This document shows, piece by piece, positions 20,785 to 32,073 of a stretch of 64,000 bases of DNA. The notes beneath the pieces are model-generated. The model did not search any database and was not told where the DNA came from. It saw only the letters and a list, made by a program, of their open reading frames with translations. The position numbers and the translations under genes were made by a program. Location: assembly GCA_963733035.1 (NCBI GenBank), contig CAVTBU010000010.1:128001-192000 (forward strand), read 5' to 3'. Source of the stretch: Pirellulales bacterium (lineage in GTDB: Bacteria > Planctomycetota > Planctomycetia > Pirellulales > PALSA-1355). Positions within the stretch are counted from its first letter, which is position 1. Each line of letters begins with the position of its first letter.

Positions 20785-21618
20785 ATGTTTCGCGATCAAG
20801 CCACCGAACTCCGAGAACTAGTTCAGCACCGCACGCCCGCGGGCGGTGCCTCAGGAGAGATTGCGCCGCTGGTCGTGGTCGGCGGTGGAAAAGGGGGCGT
20901 CGGAACGACAACCATCGCGGTGAATCTGGCGGTTGCTCTTGCGCGCGAAGGACGCCGCGCCGTGTTGGTCGATGCCGACCTGGAGCACGGCGGGCAAATA
21001 CACTTCACGTCTCAGCGCGACCCGGGCAACATCCTGGACGTGCTCAGCGGACGGCGCGGCTTGCACGAAGTCCTCGCGCGCGGACCAGCGGGCGTGCAAG
21101 CGGTGACGGGCGCCTGGTCCGCAACCGAACCCAACGCGTGCTCCGCCGCGCGGCAGGCCAGATTCGTCGATCAACTCAAGTCGCTCGCGCCGCACGCAGA
21201 AGTGATTGTGGTCGACGCCGGCAACAGCCGCACGCCGTTTGTGCGCTTGTTCTGGCACGCGGCCGATGTGATTTGGGCGGTGACCACGCCCGAAGATGCC
21301 GCGGTTTTGCAATGCTACGCGGCCATCAAGGCCAATTTAGCCGGATGCAGTCGGCCGCCGCTACAAACGCTGGTCAATCGAATCGACGAACGGCTGGCTG
21401 GCGACGTGCACGCGCGGCTGGCCGAGGCCTGTCACCGATTTCTCGCCGTGCGCGTCGACGATGCTGGTAGCGCCGCAGTTTGCGAGCCGCGGGACGAGGT
21501 CTTATTTCACACCGGCTCGTTGGCGGAGCATGCCTTCGACCGTGCGGCCGAACGGTTATGGGCTTACCTGCAACGGGGTGACCGCGGCCTGTTGGACCGC
21601 GATCGGGGAGTTGCGTGA
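20785..21618 (+). CDS. flhG: FlhG/FleN MinD-like protein with altered Walker A
   Basis: DQA N-terminal motif, GKGGVGTTT, LVDADL; position between flhF and fliA. Confidence 0.8.
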   Translation: MFRDQATELRELVQHRTPAGGASGEIAPLVVVGGGKGGVGTTTIAVNLAVALAREGRRAVLVDADLEHGGQIHFTSQRDPGNILDVLSGRRGLHEVLARGPAGVQAVTGAWSATEPNACSAARQARFVDQLKSLAPHAEVIVVDAGNSRTPFVRLFWHAADVIWAVTTPEDAAVLQCYAAIKANLAGCSRPPLQTLVNRIDERLAGDVHARLAEACHRFLAVRVDDAGSAAVCEPRDEVLFHTGSLAEHAFDRAAERLWAYLQRGDRGLLDRDRGVA

Positions 21619-21718
21619 GGCGCTAGCGGTGCTGTCCAAACGATCAAAAATGTTCATGCGTAGCGCATGAGAAACTGACACAGAAATCCCGAGGAATCGT
21701 ACGAAGCACGAAATAAAC

Positions 21719-21746
21719 TCAATCCCGGGCTTTGGCTGGCCGATAA
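21719..21746 (+). promoter_or_regulatory. Candidate sigma-28 promoter upstream of fliA
   Basis: TCAA-N16-GCCGATAA with a perfect -10 box. Confidence 0.55.
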
Positions 21747-22087
21747 CAACGGACACCTCTTTCAGCCGCGCCGTCCGATAAACTTTGACGACTGCGGTGA
21801 GTTTAACGCGAAAGTGAGCGAGGTCTTCGTGAATCGCCAGCGAGGCACATCGAGTCGTCAGACCGCCCCAGGCGCCCTCGGAAGACTCTACGGCAAAGCC
21901 GGAATCGAGTTTCAGCATCCGCCGAAACGGCATGCGGCGCTATTTTGTTCTTTCGCTGCCAGAGTGAGCGGACTCTGGTGCAAACCATAACCCGGGCAGC
22001 GTTTCGCCCCGGCCAGGATGGCCGCGAAACGACGGCCCAACGACGACACTCTACGCACAAAACGCCAGACGCGAGTAATCACGGAGG

Positions 22088-22879
22088 ATGGTAATGGCGA
22101 TGACCACGATGGCGCCCGAGGACGTGGCGCAGATTTGGCAACAGTTCAAGCAGGATATGGAGAACCAGGAGCTCCGTAACCGGCTGGTGGAAATCTATCT
22201 GCCGCTGGTCAAGTACAACGGCGAGCGGATCTGGTCGCGGTTGCCTGAGGGCGTGGAACTGGACGACCTGATTTCGGCCGGTGTGTTCGGCCTGATGGAC
22301 GCCATCGACGCCTTCGATCTATCGCGCGGCGTCAAGTTCGAAACCTATTGCGTGCCGCGGATCCGCGGTGCCATGCTCGACGAACTGCGGACGATGGACT
22401 GGGTGCCGCGTCTGGTCCGCTCGAAAGCCAGCAAGCTCAACGAGGCAATCAAGACGCAGGAAGCCCGTCTGGGCCGCGCTCCCAGCGAAATCGAGTTGGC
22501 CGAGCACATGGGCATCTCGGTTCCTGAGCTCGAAAAGATGGTGATGGAGGCCAACGCCGTCAACCTGATCAGCCTGAACAAGAAGTGGTATGAGACCGAC
22601 AGCTACAAGGACGTTCGCGAGATCGACATCCTCGAGGACAAAAAGGGAGAAGATCCGACGCGACGGATCCAGAAGCACGACCTGATGCGGCTGGTTACCA
22701 AAGGGCTCAACCGCAACGAACGGCTGATTATCATCCTCTACTACTACGAAGAGCTGACGATGAAAGAGATCGGCGCCACGCTCGATCTCTCGGAAAGCCG
22801 CGTCAGCCAGATGCACAGCTCGATCGTCCAGCGTCTGCAAGGCCAACTCCGTCGGCGCAGGCCGGAGTTTGGAACCTAG
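22088..22879 (+). CDS. fliA: FliA/WhiG family sigma factor
   Basis: DDLISAGVFGL, KFETY, RIRGAMLDELR, DWVPR, LSESRVSQ. Confidence 0.95.
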   Translation: MVMAMTTMAPEDVAQIWQQFKQDMENQELRNRLVEIYLPLVKYNGERIWSRLPEGVELDDLISAGVFGLMDAIDAFDLSRGVKFETYCVPRIRGAMLDELRTMDWVPRLVRSKASKLNEAIKTQEARLGRAPSEIELAEHMGISVPELEKMVMEANAVNLISLNKKWYETDSYKDVREIDILEDKKGEDPTRRIQKHDLMRLVTKGLNRNERLIIILYYYEELTMKEIGATLDLSESRVSQMHSSIVQRLQGQLRRRRPEFGT

Positions 22880-22906
22880 TCGAGCCTCGCGCAACACGTA
22901 ACTTCC

Positions 22907-22935
22907 AACCCACTGATTCACAGTGGGTTTTTTTT
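22907..22935 (+). terminator. Intrinsic terminator
   Basis: AACCCACTG-attca-CAGTGGGTT stem followed by a T-run. Confidence 0.85.
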
Positions 22936-23051
22936 GCGCTGTGACCAAGCAACCGCGTCCGGCTACGAACCATCAATGGCGAATCGCTGGCGCCTGTGGT
23001 ATAAGTTGTCAGCGCCAACCCTTGCCCGTGCTCTCCTGCGAACGGTCTTGC

Positions 23052-24368
23052 ATGCTCCAGTCCGACGCCGCCACGCCGCCGCTCAAGAATCAGCGTCGGG
23101 AGATATTCGCCTGGGCTACGTATGATTGGGCGAACAGCGCCTACTCGACGATCCAAATCACCGTACTGGTCGATTATCTCACGCGGGGCGTCGACCTGCC
23201 CGATAAGCAAGGGGCCTTGCTTTACGGCTGGATCATCGGCGTGACGATGATGATCACGGCCGTCGCGTCGCCCATCTTCGGCGCCGTTGCCGATGCTCAC
23301 GCCAGCAAGCGCATTTGGTTGGCCGGCAGCACGCTGGTCGGCGCTGGAAGTGCGGCGCTGATGTTTTTCGCCACGCCCGATCGTCCCTGGCTGTTCGTGG
23401 CGCTATTCGTGCTGGCAAACCTGGGATACGAGCAGGCCTGGGGATTCTATAATGCCTTTCTTCCCGAGATCGCCGACGACAAATACATGGGGCGCGTTTC
23501 GTCCTGGGGCTTCGGCGCCGGCTACGTCGGCGGCGGCCTGTTGCTGCTGATTGCAATTCTGATCTTCACGTTTGGCGATCGCTGGGGGATCCCGAGCGAA
23601 AACGGGTTTCGCTTTCGCTTGTCGCTCTCACTAACGGGACTGTGGTGGGGCGTGTTCAGCCTGCCGATGCTCTTGATGGTCAAGGATAAGCGCGCTCCGT
23701 CGCGCGAGCGTCAACCGATTTGGATCGCCGCCCGACAGGCGGTGGGCGAAGTGTGGACGACGCTCACGCATTTGCGCCGTTACCGGATGCTCGTCATCTT
23801 CTTGGTCGGCTTCCTGATTTATAACGACGGCGTGCAAACCATGATCACGCAGGCCTCGGTGTTTGCGACCGACGTGCTGACCATGGAAACGGCCGAACTG
23901 GTGAGCGTGATTCTGATGATCCAGTTCGTGGCCTTGCCTGGCGCGTTGATCGTCGGCTGGTCGGCGGATCATATCGGCCAGAAGTTCACATTGATGGTCT
24001 GTTTGGGGATTTGGGTGACGCTGTTGATTTCTGCGTTCTTCATCACCGAGAAATGGCAGTTCTGGACGATGGCTGTGTTTGCCGCCCTGGTGCTCGGAGG
24101 CACGCAGTCGGTCAGTCGCACGATCATGGGCCTGATGACGCCCGAGGCGCGCAGTGCCGAATTCTTCGGCTTCTTCAATCTCTCGGGCAAGGCAGCCAGC
24201 ATGCTGGGGCCGATTGTGTTTTCGACGACGATGTACGCGACCGGCAGCGCCCATCTGGCGATCCTGAGCTTGCTCGTGTTCTTTATCCTCGGCTGGGCGA
24301 TCGTGGCTCCGTTGAACATCGCCAAAGGCCAGCAGCAAGCCGGCAAAACGGGCGAGGCCGCCGCATAA
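23052..24368 (+). CDS. MFS transporter, UMF1 family
   Basis: WATYDWANSAY, about 12 TMs, AEFFGFFNLSGK. Confidence 0.88.
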   Translation: MLQSDAATPPLKNQRREIFAWATYDWANSAYSTIQITVLVDYLTRGVDLPDKQGALLYGWIIGVTMMITAVASPIFGAVADAHASKRIWLAGSTLVGAGSAALMFFATPDRPWLFVALFVLANLGYEQAWGFYNAFLPEIADDKYMGRVSSWGFGAGYVGGGLLLLIAILIFTFGDRWGIPSENGFRFRLSLSLTGLWWGVFSLPMLLMVKDKRAPSRERQPIWIAARQAVGEVWTTLTHLRRYRMLVIFLVGFLIYNDGVQTMITQASVFATDVLTMETAELVSVILMIQFVALPGALIVGWSADHIGQKFTLMVCLGIWVTLLISAFFITEKWQFWTMAVFAALVLGGTQSVSRTIMGLMTPEARSAEFFGFFNLSGKAASMLGPIVFSTTMYATGSAHLAILSLLVFFILGWAIVAPLNIAKGQQQAGKTGEAAA

Positions 24369-24477
24369 CGCGGCGGTCTTGGCGTAACGGTTCGCTTGGC
24401 TAGCCGTTGCGAGGCGCTCGGTGTAGACTGAAGGCTTCCACCGGTTTTGTCTCCGCTCACGATAGGAATTCGTTTCC

Positions 24478-25101
24478 ATGCTCGGTGCCACGCTCGGCAT
24501 TCCCCAATACGTTGCTCGCCTGCAAGAAGAACTTGATCACGTTGATAAACGGGAGATTCAGGCCTGGGCCGACCTGGTCTACGAAGCCTGGGAGAACGAA
24601 CGGTTTATCTTCGTGTTCGGCAACGGCGGTTCCGGAACGACAGCCACGCATATCTGCGAGGACTTGGGAAAAAGTTCGCTCCGCCAGGAAGAATTGCACG
24701 ACGAGTCGAAAAAGCGGCTGAAAATCCTCAGCCTGACCGACAACCTGGGCTGGATTCTGGCGCTGGGCAACGATGTGGGCTACGATCACATCTTCGTGCA
24801 GCAACTGATGAACTACGGCTCGGCTGGCGATCTGTGTATCGCCATTAGCGGCTCCGGAAATAGCCCCAACATTTTGAGCGCCGTTGATTGGGCCAACCGC
24901 CACGGCCTCAAAACGTTCGGCCTCACCGGTTTCGACGGCGGCAAGCTTCGCAAGCTGGCCCACGCCGGCATGCACGTTCCGCTCAACGACATGGGCATGG
25001 TCGAGAGCATTCATTTGGCGCTATTTCACTGGGTGCTGAACGATGTCTTCGCCCGCATCAATGGGGAAGGTAGGCACGCGGTCGTCGGTAGTCGTTCGTG
25101 A
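24478..25101 (+). CDS. gmhA: SIS-domain sugar phosphate isomerase, GmhA-like
   Basis: FGNGGS, ALGNDVGY, ISGSGNSPN, LTGFDGGKL. Confidence 0.8.
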   Translation: MLGATLGIPQYVARLQEELDHVDKREIQAWADLVYEAWENERFIFVFGNGGSGTTATHICEDLGKSSLRQEELHDESKKRLKILSLTDNLGWILALGNDVGYDHIFVQQLMNYGSAGDLCIAISGSGNSPNILSAVDWANRHGLKTFGLTGFDGGKLRKLAHAGMHVPLNDMGMVESIHLALFHWVLNDVFARINGEGRHAVVGSRS

Positions 25102-25228
25102 TGGGTGGTAGGTGATACGCGGGGGACATCGCTTTGCCTTTGAGCCCGCACCTGGCATCGTTGCTGCATGATCGTGCCCTGTTCCGTCTTATCTTCACCT
25201 GCCACTAGCCACTAGCCGTTACTTCACC

Positions 25229-26257
25229 ATGTTTCTTGGCATCGAAATCGGCGGCACGAAATTGCAGCTTGGAGTCGGTGCGGGCGACGGCCAGCTGGTT
25301 GCTCTCGAACGCTTCGACGTGCAAACGAAACGCGGTGCGAAGGGTATTCTCGAACAAATCCGGGTGGCGAGTCGTGAGCTGTTCGCGCGGCACGACATCA
25401 AGGGTGTCGGCATAGGTTTTGGCGGGCCGGTGAACGTTGCGACGGGTGTTGTCGTCAAAAGCCATCATGTTCGTGACTGGGAGGATTTTGCCCTCGTCGA
25501 CTGGTGCCGAAAGGAGTTGAAACTTCCCGCCGTGCTCGAGAACGATTGCGACGCGGCGGGTCTGGCCGAGGCCAGCCACGGAGCAGGGCAGGGGCGCAAT
25601 CCGGTCTTTTATGTCACGGTCGGCACCGGAATTGGAGGCGGGCTCGTGGTCGATCGTCAGGTTTACCGTGGTTCGGGGCATGGTGCTGCCGAGATTGGGC
25701 ACCTACGCCCCGGCGTGCTGGCGGATCGGGCCGAGTCGACCGTCGAATCGCTGGCCAGCGGGTGGGGCATCGCCGCGGCGGCGCAGGCGCGACTGAGCGA
25801 CCCTGTGTCGCACGCGTTCGTTCCACTGACCGCCGGTCTTCGCAATGCGACGCCGGACGACGTTCGCCAGCGGCTGATCGACAGCGAGGAAGCCGCCGCT
25901 GAAGATCTGGCCGACCTGTGGCGGCGGTGCGACGGAAAACCGAATCGCCTCACCGCCAAGATGGTCGTGGCGGCTGCCGGCGAGGGGAACGACATCGCCT
26001 TGGAGGTGCTGGGACGCGCGTGCCAAACGCTCGGTTGGGCCATTGCCCAGGCCATTACGCTCGTGTCGCCTGAAGTTGTTGTGCTGGGGGGCGGTGTGTC
26101 GTTGGCCGACGAACGTCTGTTTTTAGTTCCGCTGCGCGCCGAGGTGGGCCGCTATGTCTTCCCGCCACTGGCCGACCGCTACCAGATCGTGCCGGCCGAG
26201 TTGGGCGAAGAGGTCGTCGTGCACGGCGCCTTGGCGGCGGCTCGGGCGCGCTGCTGA
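25229..26257 (+). CDS. ROK family sugar kinase
   Basis: GIEIGGTK, ENDCDAAGLAE, GTGIGGG, AEIGH. Confidence 0.9.
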   Translation: MFLGIEIGGTKLQLGVGAGDGQLVALERFDVQTKRGAKGILEQIRVASRELFARHDIKGVGIGFGGPVNVATGVVVKSHHVRDWEDFALVDWCRKELKLPAVLENDCDAAGLAEASHGAGQGRNPVFYVTVGTGIGGGLVVDRQVYRGSGHGAAEIGHLRPGVLADRAESTVESLASGWGIAAAAQARLSDPVSHAFVPLTAGLRNATPDDVRQRLIDSEEAAAEDLADLWRRCDGKPNRLTAKMVVAAAGEGNDIALEVLGRACQTLGWAIAQAITLVSPEVVVLGGGVSLADERLFLVPLRAEVGRYVFPPLADRYQIVPAELGEEVVVHGALAAARARC

Positions 26258-26260
26258 GGA

Positions 26261-26390
26261 CTAGAGCGGTTTTAATTGGCGTGTAGCGTGGCTAGCGTCC
26301 AGTTCTATCGCGTTTTTTCCGAGAGTGGCTTCAGTTGCCAGCTGCTGATAGCGGCGAAATGTCGCTACACCCAACGTGAAACCGCTCTAG
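26261..26390. mobile_element. 130-bp MITE-like element with CTAG ends
   Basis: TIRs CTAGAGCGGTTTtAatTgGcGTGTAGCG / CGCTACACcCaAcgTgAAACCGCTCTAG; non-coding interior. Confidence 0.7.
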
Positions 26391-26848
26391 TCCGCTTTGG
26401 CGGCTCGCAGCTTCTCTTCCAAAAGTTCGATCTCGGCAGAGAGTCGCGCGCGTTGCGCCATGGTGTAGGTAACTGCTTCGCCGCCTCGACTGCCCGTTCG
26501 AAACAGGGCCTCGATCTTCGACTCGATTTGCCCAGCTGCTTTCAAACGCTCTTCACATGCCGAAACACGTTGGTCCGGTGTGGTTGCCGCTGCCAGATGA
26601 GCTTCGGCACGCTTTTCGACGGCGTCGAGCAGGACGTCGAGCGTTATATGGCCGGACGCGTACGCCGCATTCGCGGCCTCAAAGGCACGTTGTGCGACCA
26701 GCACGCGCTTACGTTGCGCTTGTGTGAGCCGCTCCTCCAACTGGGCGACGTTGTCATCCTGAGTTTCAATCGTGTCTCCCGCCCGCAGCAATGAGGCACC
26801 CGGCAAGCAGGCGAATAGGGCCAGCACCAGTACGTATTGCGCTCTCAT
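26387..26848 (-). CDS. Exported helical hypothetical protein (paralog 1)
   Basis: Signal peptide MRAQYVLVLALF, AGGAG RBS, amphipathic helices. Confidence 0.7.
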   Translation of the reverse strand: MRAQYVLVLALFACLPGASLLRAGDTIETQDDNVAQLEERLTQAQRKRVLVAQRAFEAANAAYASGHITLDVLLDAVEKRAEAHLAAATTPDQRVSACEERLKAAGQIESKIEALFRTGSRGGEAVTYTMAQRARLSAEIELLEEKLRAAKAD

Positions 26849-26906
26849 GATCATGCTCCTGGGGGTTCTATGAGATTCATTCTTATCATGCCGCGTTGCC
26901 GGTGCG

Positions 26907-27412
26907 TCACTCGATGTCGTTTCTTCGTTCGTCGAGCAGCTTCTCTTTCTCGTGCGTGCGCCGAGCGACCTTGAGCTTCGCTTCGAGCAGAGCGAGCTCC
27001 GCCGTTTCACGCTCGCACTTGACGATCGCATACGCATCGGCCTCGCCGCCGCGCATGCCGGCTTCGAAGAGTGCCGCGATGTTTTTCTCGATCCGCTTGA
27101 GGCTGCGCAAATGTTCGTCGAGGGCCTGGATTCGTTCGGTGGGCGTAGTGGCGACCGCCAGGCGTGCATCGACCAACTGTTGATGAGCAAACAGCAGCGT
27201 GGTAAGCAAGTTCGTACCGGCAGCGTACGAACGCTCGTTCGCTTCCACCGACATCGTTGCCGTGGCCACGCGCTCCGCGCACGCGCGCCGATCTTGTTGC
27301 TCAATTCGGCCACTTCTGGCGAGTCCGCCGGCTCGGCCGCCCAGATCCCCGAGACATAGGCAACGTGGCCCAAGAGCATCAACGCAGCAGCGAAAGCTGT
27401 CGCCAATTTCAT
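26907..27412 (-). CDS. Exported helical hypothetical protein (paralog 2), frameshift near 27280
   Basis: Signal peptide MKLATAFAAAL in one frame; body aligning with paralog 1 (ATTP..R, F..G.RGGEA..Y) in another. Confidence 0.6.
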
Positions 27413-27493
27413 CCTGCACCTCATCTAATCGTGTGTTAGTAGCCGCCCATTGTCGGCAACAGGAACGCGCTGCGCGGTAGTGTAACAGATACG

Positions 27494-27880
27494 TCACTCC
27501 GACCGCCAACTTCCGCCGGACTTCCGCTCCATTTCTGCCCGCACCTCGGGGAGAGGATAGTCGATGATCGGCAAGTCGAGGTGGGCGATTTCTCGGAGCC
27601 GGCGATATCCGCGCGTAATCAGCGTCTCGCGTTCGCGCACGTAGTCGGCGTCCAAGCGTCGCTTGTCGAAGTCTCCCTCGACGACGACGGGCTCGAACTC
27701 CTCGTGCACGATGAACTGTGCCAGCACGGGGTTGCAGCGGATGTGGCGCTCGCGGGTTGTGTGCAGCGTCTCCGGGTCGAGCATGCCAACAACGTATCGC
27801 AGATAAAGATCGCTGTCGGTGATCACCTCTACGTCACCGCCGCAAACATCGCAAAGATACCCTTCTTCGCACTTGGCCAC
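27494..27880 (-). CDS. Hypothetical protein with Cys motif
   Basis: MAKCEEGYLCDVCG, HIRCNP; gene-like codon usage downstream of dapB. Confidence 0.75.
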   Translation of the reverse strand: MAKCEEGYLCDVCGGDVEVITDSDLYLRYVVGMLDPETLHTTRERHIRCNPVLAQFIVHEEFEPVVVEGDFDKRRLDADYVRERETLITRGYRRLREIAHLDLPIIDYPLPEVRAEMERKSGGSWRSE

Positions 27881-27886
27881 GGCTGT

Positions 27887-27980
27887 CGAAGGCAGAAGAA
27901 TGAAGGACGCAGGATGAGAAATGCCTGGCAGGTCAAAATCTCCTTCGAACTCATCCTCATCCTGCTGACTTCTGCCTTCT
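27887..27980. repeat. Long imperfect intergenic hairpin
   Basis: GAAGGCAGAAG pairs with CTTCTGCCTTC and GCAGGATGAG with CTCATCCTGC. Confidence 0.5.
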
Positions 27981-27984
27981 CCTC

Positions 27985-28779
27985 CTATAGTCCTAGCACA
28001 TCATTGATGGAATACAGGCCCACGGGCTTGCCGGCCAGAAACTTTGCCGCTGCCAGAGCACCGTGAGCGTAACAATCGCGATTGGTGGCCCGCACGGTGA
28101 TCTCCAGCGTTTCGCCGAGCAGCCCGAATACGATGGTGTGTTCACCTGGATTGTCGCCCGTCCGCAGCGCGTGGTAGCCGATTTCACCATGCGGTCGCTG
28201 GCCCGGTCGACCGGAGCGGCCGTGGCGTTCGTCTTTTTGGCCCATGACGCCGGCGATGATTTCGCCGAATTTCAAGGCCGTGCCGCTGGGAGCGTCTTCT
28301 TTGAAGCGATGATGCCGCTCAATAATTTCGACGTCGGCGCCGCTGGGATGTTCCTTGAGCGCCTCGGCAGCCGTTTCGGAAAGCTTCATCGCGAGGTTAA
28401 CCGCCAGGCTCATGCTGGGCGCCCAGAGCACGGGAATCTGCTTCGCGGCGGCGCGGATTTTTTCCTGTTGAGCTGGTTCCAGCCCGGTCGTGGCGACGAC
28501 CAGCGGCACACCGTTTTCCAGGCAACTGGTCAAAATGGCCGCGCACGCCTGCGGCACCGAAAAGTCGACCACGACGTCGACCTCTTCCGGCAAGGTGCTG
28601 GAGAGCGAGACGCCGATCGGGCCGACACCGGCCACCACACCCGCATCGACACCTGCCCTGGGGTGCGACGGTTGTTCGAGGGCCGCCACCACGCGCAAGT
28701 CTGGATCGGCGCTAGCCAGCGCGATCAAGCGTTGTCCCATTCGTCCGGCGGCACCATTGATTCCGATCCGAGTCGCCAT
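27985..28779 (-). CDS. dapB: 4-hydroxy-tetrahydrodipicolinate reductase
   Basis: GAAGRMG, VVDFS, ERHHRFKEDAPSGTA. Confidence 0.96.
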   Translation of the reverse strand: MATRIGINGAAGRMGQRLIALASADPDLRVVAALEQPSHPRAGVDAGVVAGVGPIGVSLSSTLPEEVDVVVDFSVPQACAAILTSCLENGVPLVVATTGLEPAQQEKIRAAAKQIPVLWAPSMSLAVNLAMKLSETAAEALKEHPSGADVEIIERHHRFKEDAPSGTALKFGEIIAGVMGQKDERHGRSGRPGQRPHGEIGYHALRTGDNPGEHTIVFGLLGETLEITVRATNRDCYAHGALAAAKFLAGKPVGLYSINDVLGL

Positions 28780-28968
28780 TGTGTCGAGCTACCTTTTCAG
28801 TGAAGTCTAGTGGCATGCCGGTCATTATGTCGGGTTCGAGCAAATCAATCCATGGGCCGGAGTGTCTTGCCGCGCTTTCGCCGCCGCTCTTGCTTTGTTT
28901 GCTGACACCGCGCCCGTGGCTCGGTTCGCGCGGCGGGCCGGCGTGTAACCGCGTCACGTGAAAGGGAT

Positions 28969-30363
<1,395 letters not shown>

Positions 30364-30675
30364 AGTAGCGACACGAATGGCATCACGCTCCTGAAAAGTG
30401 CCGCCCGGCAGTCGTCGCCAGCAGGCTCCCAAATCGTAGTCTAAGTCAGCTTTCAGGGGGTTGTCCAGTTGATTTGGCTTGGGCAGCCCCCTGCGCGGTA
30501 CTTGTTGAACGGTCGGTACTTGCGACGCGCATCAGTCGTTTTGAACAGAGTCGTTGCACCTGGTTGGTGCCAGCTTGGTGCGTTTGACAGTCGTTTCAAG
30601 GCGTTTTAAAATGGTGATTTTGTAGGTGCCCCGCGGGGGGTGACCAGTGGGTCGTTGCTCTTGGAGACGTCAGCG

Positions 30676-31045
30676 ATGAAGAAGGCTGATATGAAGGTGT
30701 ACAAGGAACGGCTGTTGCTCTTGCGCCCGGCTGCGCGGCGACGTCAATGCGATGGCCGATGCCGCACTGCGAAAAACTCGCTCGGAGGCGAATGGTGACC
30801 TCTCCAGCATGCCCATTCACATGGCCGACATCGGCAGCGATAACTACGAGCAGGAATTCACGCTATCTCTGATGCAGTCCGAGGAGGTCGCGCTGGAGTT
30901 GATTGAATCGGCCATTGAAAAGGTCGAGGATGGCGTTTTTGGTACCTGTGAAGAGTGTTCCGGGGCGATTACCAAAGCCCGACTGAACGCCATTCCGTAC
31001 ACGCCACTGTGTATCAAGTGTGCACAGAAGCTCGAAAGTCGCTAG
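30676..31045 (+). CDS. dksA: DksA/TraR family C4 zinc-finger regulator, frameshift near 30727
   Basis: MKKADMKVYKERLL in an upstream frame; HMADIGSD, CEEC...RLNAIPYTPLCIKC. Confidence 0.85.
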
Positions 31046-31606
31046 TTATTCGCTTCCCGTCGGAGACCGCTGCCTTGGCGGCTGGCGCGCGGTTACGCGT
31101 TCCGTTGTAATGCGCTAGGAGCGCTCACGCAGTCGACCGTACCTGGTGCGACTGATTTACCCGCAAGTGCCGGCCGGCATGCAACTTCCCATCTTGGCGG
31201 CGGGGCATTGCGCTCGGTCGTTACCTGGATTATCGGGGGGCATTGCCGTCGCATCGGGCAGACGCCCGGGTAGCGATTGACGTGTATCTATTTGTCAGAT
31301 TGTCGGTTGCGCGAATTGGCAAAACCCCCTTCTGGGGAATTAATTGTTTTGACAACAAATGAATTTCCTGGGAGATTTGTGAGCAGCAGCCACTTCTCTC
31401 ATGGGTGAGCTGTGCGGCCAACTGGTAGGGTTCCGAGCCAGGGTAGGCGAGGCCACCCGGTAAAGCCGCGAGAGTTGCGTGCGTTCTACTGTGATGTGGT
31501 GTCACTGGCAGTCGTCGTGGGGGCGGCTACCACCCAGCTTATGCCGGACTGATGTCCCTTCTCGATGGGAGCAGACCGGCGTCACTCTCCATTGGGCACC
31601 CGACGG

Positions 31607-32026
31607 ATGAAGATTTCACGCACTGTGCTGTACGCGGTACAAGCCATTCAGCAACTAGCCGAGGTTCAATCACAATTGCCGATTCCGTGCAGTCGATTGG
31701 CCGAGCAGGGCCGGATGCCCGAACGGTTTTTGCTGCAGATTCTGCGAAATTTGGTGAACCACGGCATCCTCCATTCCACGCGTGGCGTCGACGGGGGGTA
31801 TACACTTGGACGAAGCCCACTCGAAATCTCGCTGCTCGACATTATCGAAGCCATTGAAGGGCCGTTCGTAGCGGAATTGCCGCCCGCCAAGGGGAGCGAG
31901 GCCGTGCGACATCATCGCCGACTGCAGGAGGCGTTTGACGGTGTGGCGGCCAACGTGCGCCGGCAAATGTCGACGATTCGTATCTCGGATCTGCTCGGCA
32001 AAGGGCAGTTGGCAAAGCTTGCCTGA
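31607..32026 (+). CDS. Rrf2 family regulator lacking C-terminal Cys ligands
   Basis: PERFLLQILRNL, STRGVDGGYTL, ISLLDIIEAIEG. Confidence 0.9.
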   Translation: MKISRTVLYAVQAIQQLAEVQSQLPIPCSRLAEQGRMPERFLLQILRNLVNHGILHSTRGVDGGYTLGRSPLEISLLDIIEAIEGPFVAELPPAKGSEAVRHHRRLQEAFDGVAANVRRQMSTIRISDLLGKGQLAKLA

Positions 32027-32073
32027 GCCGACCGCCGCTTGGCAGGCATTCACGCCAGCGTTACGCTCTGGAC

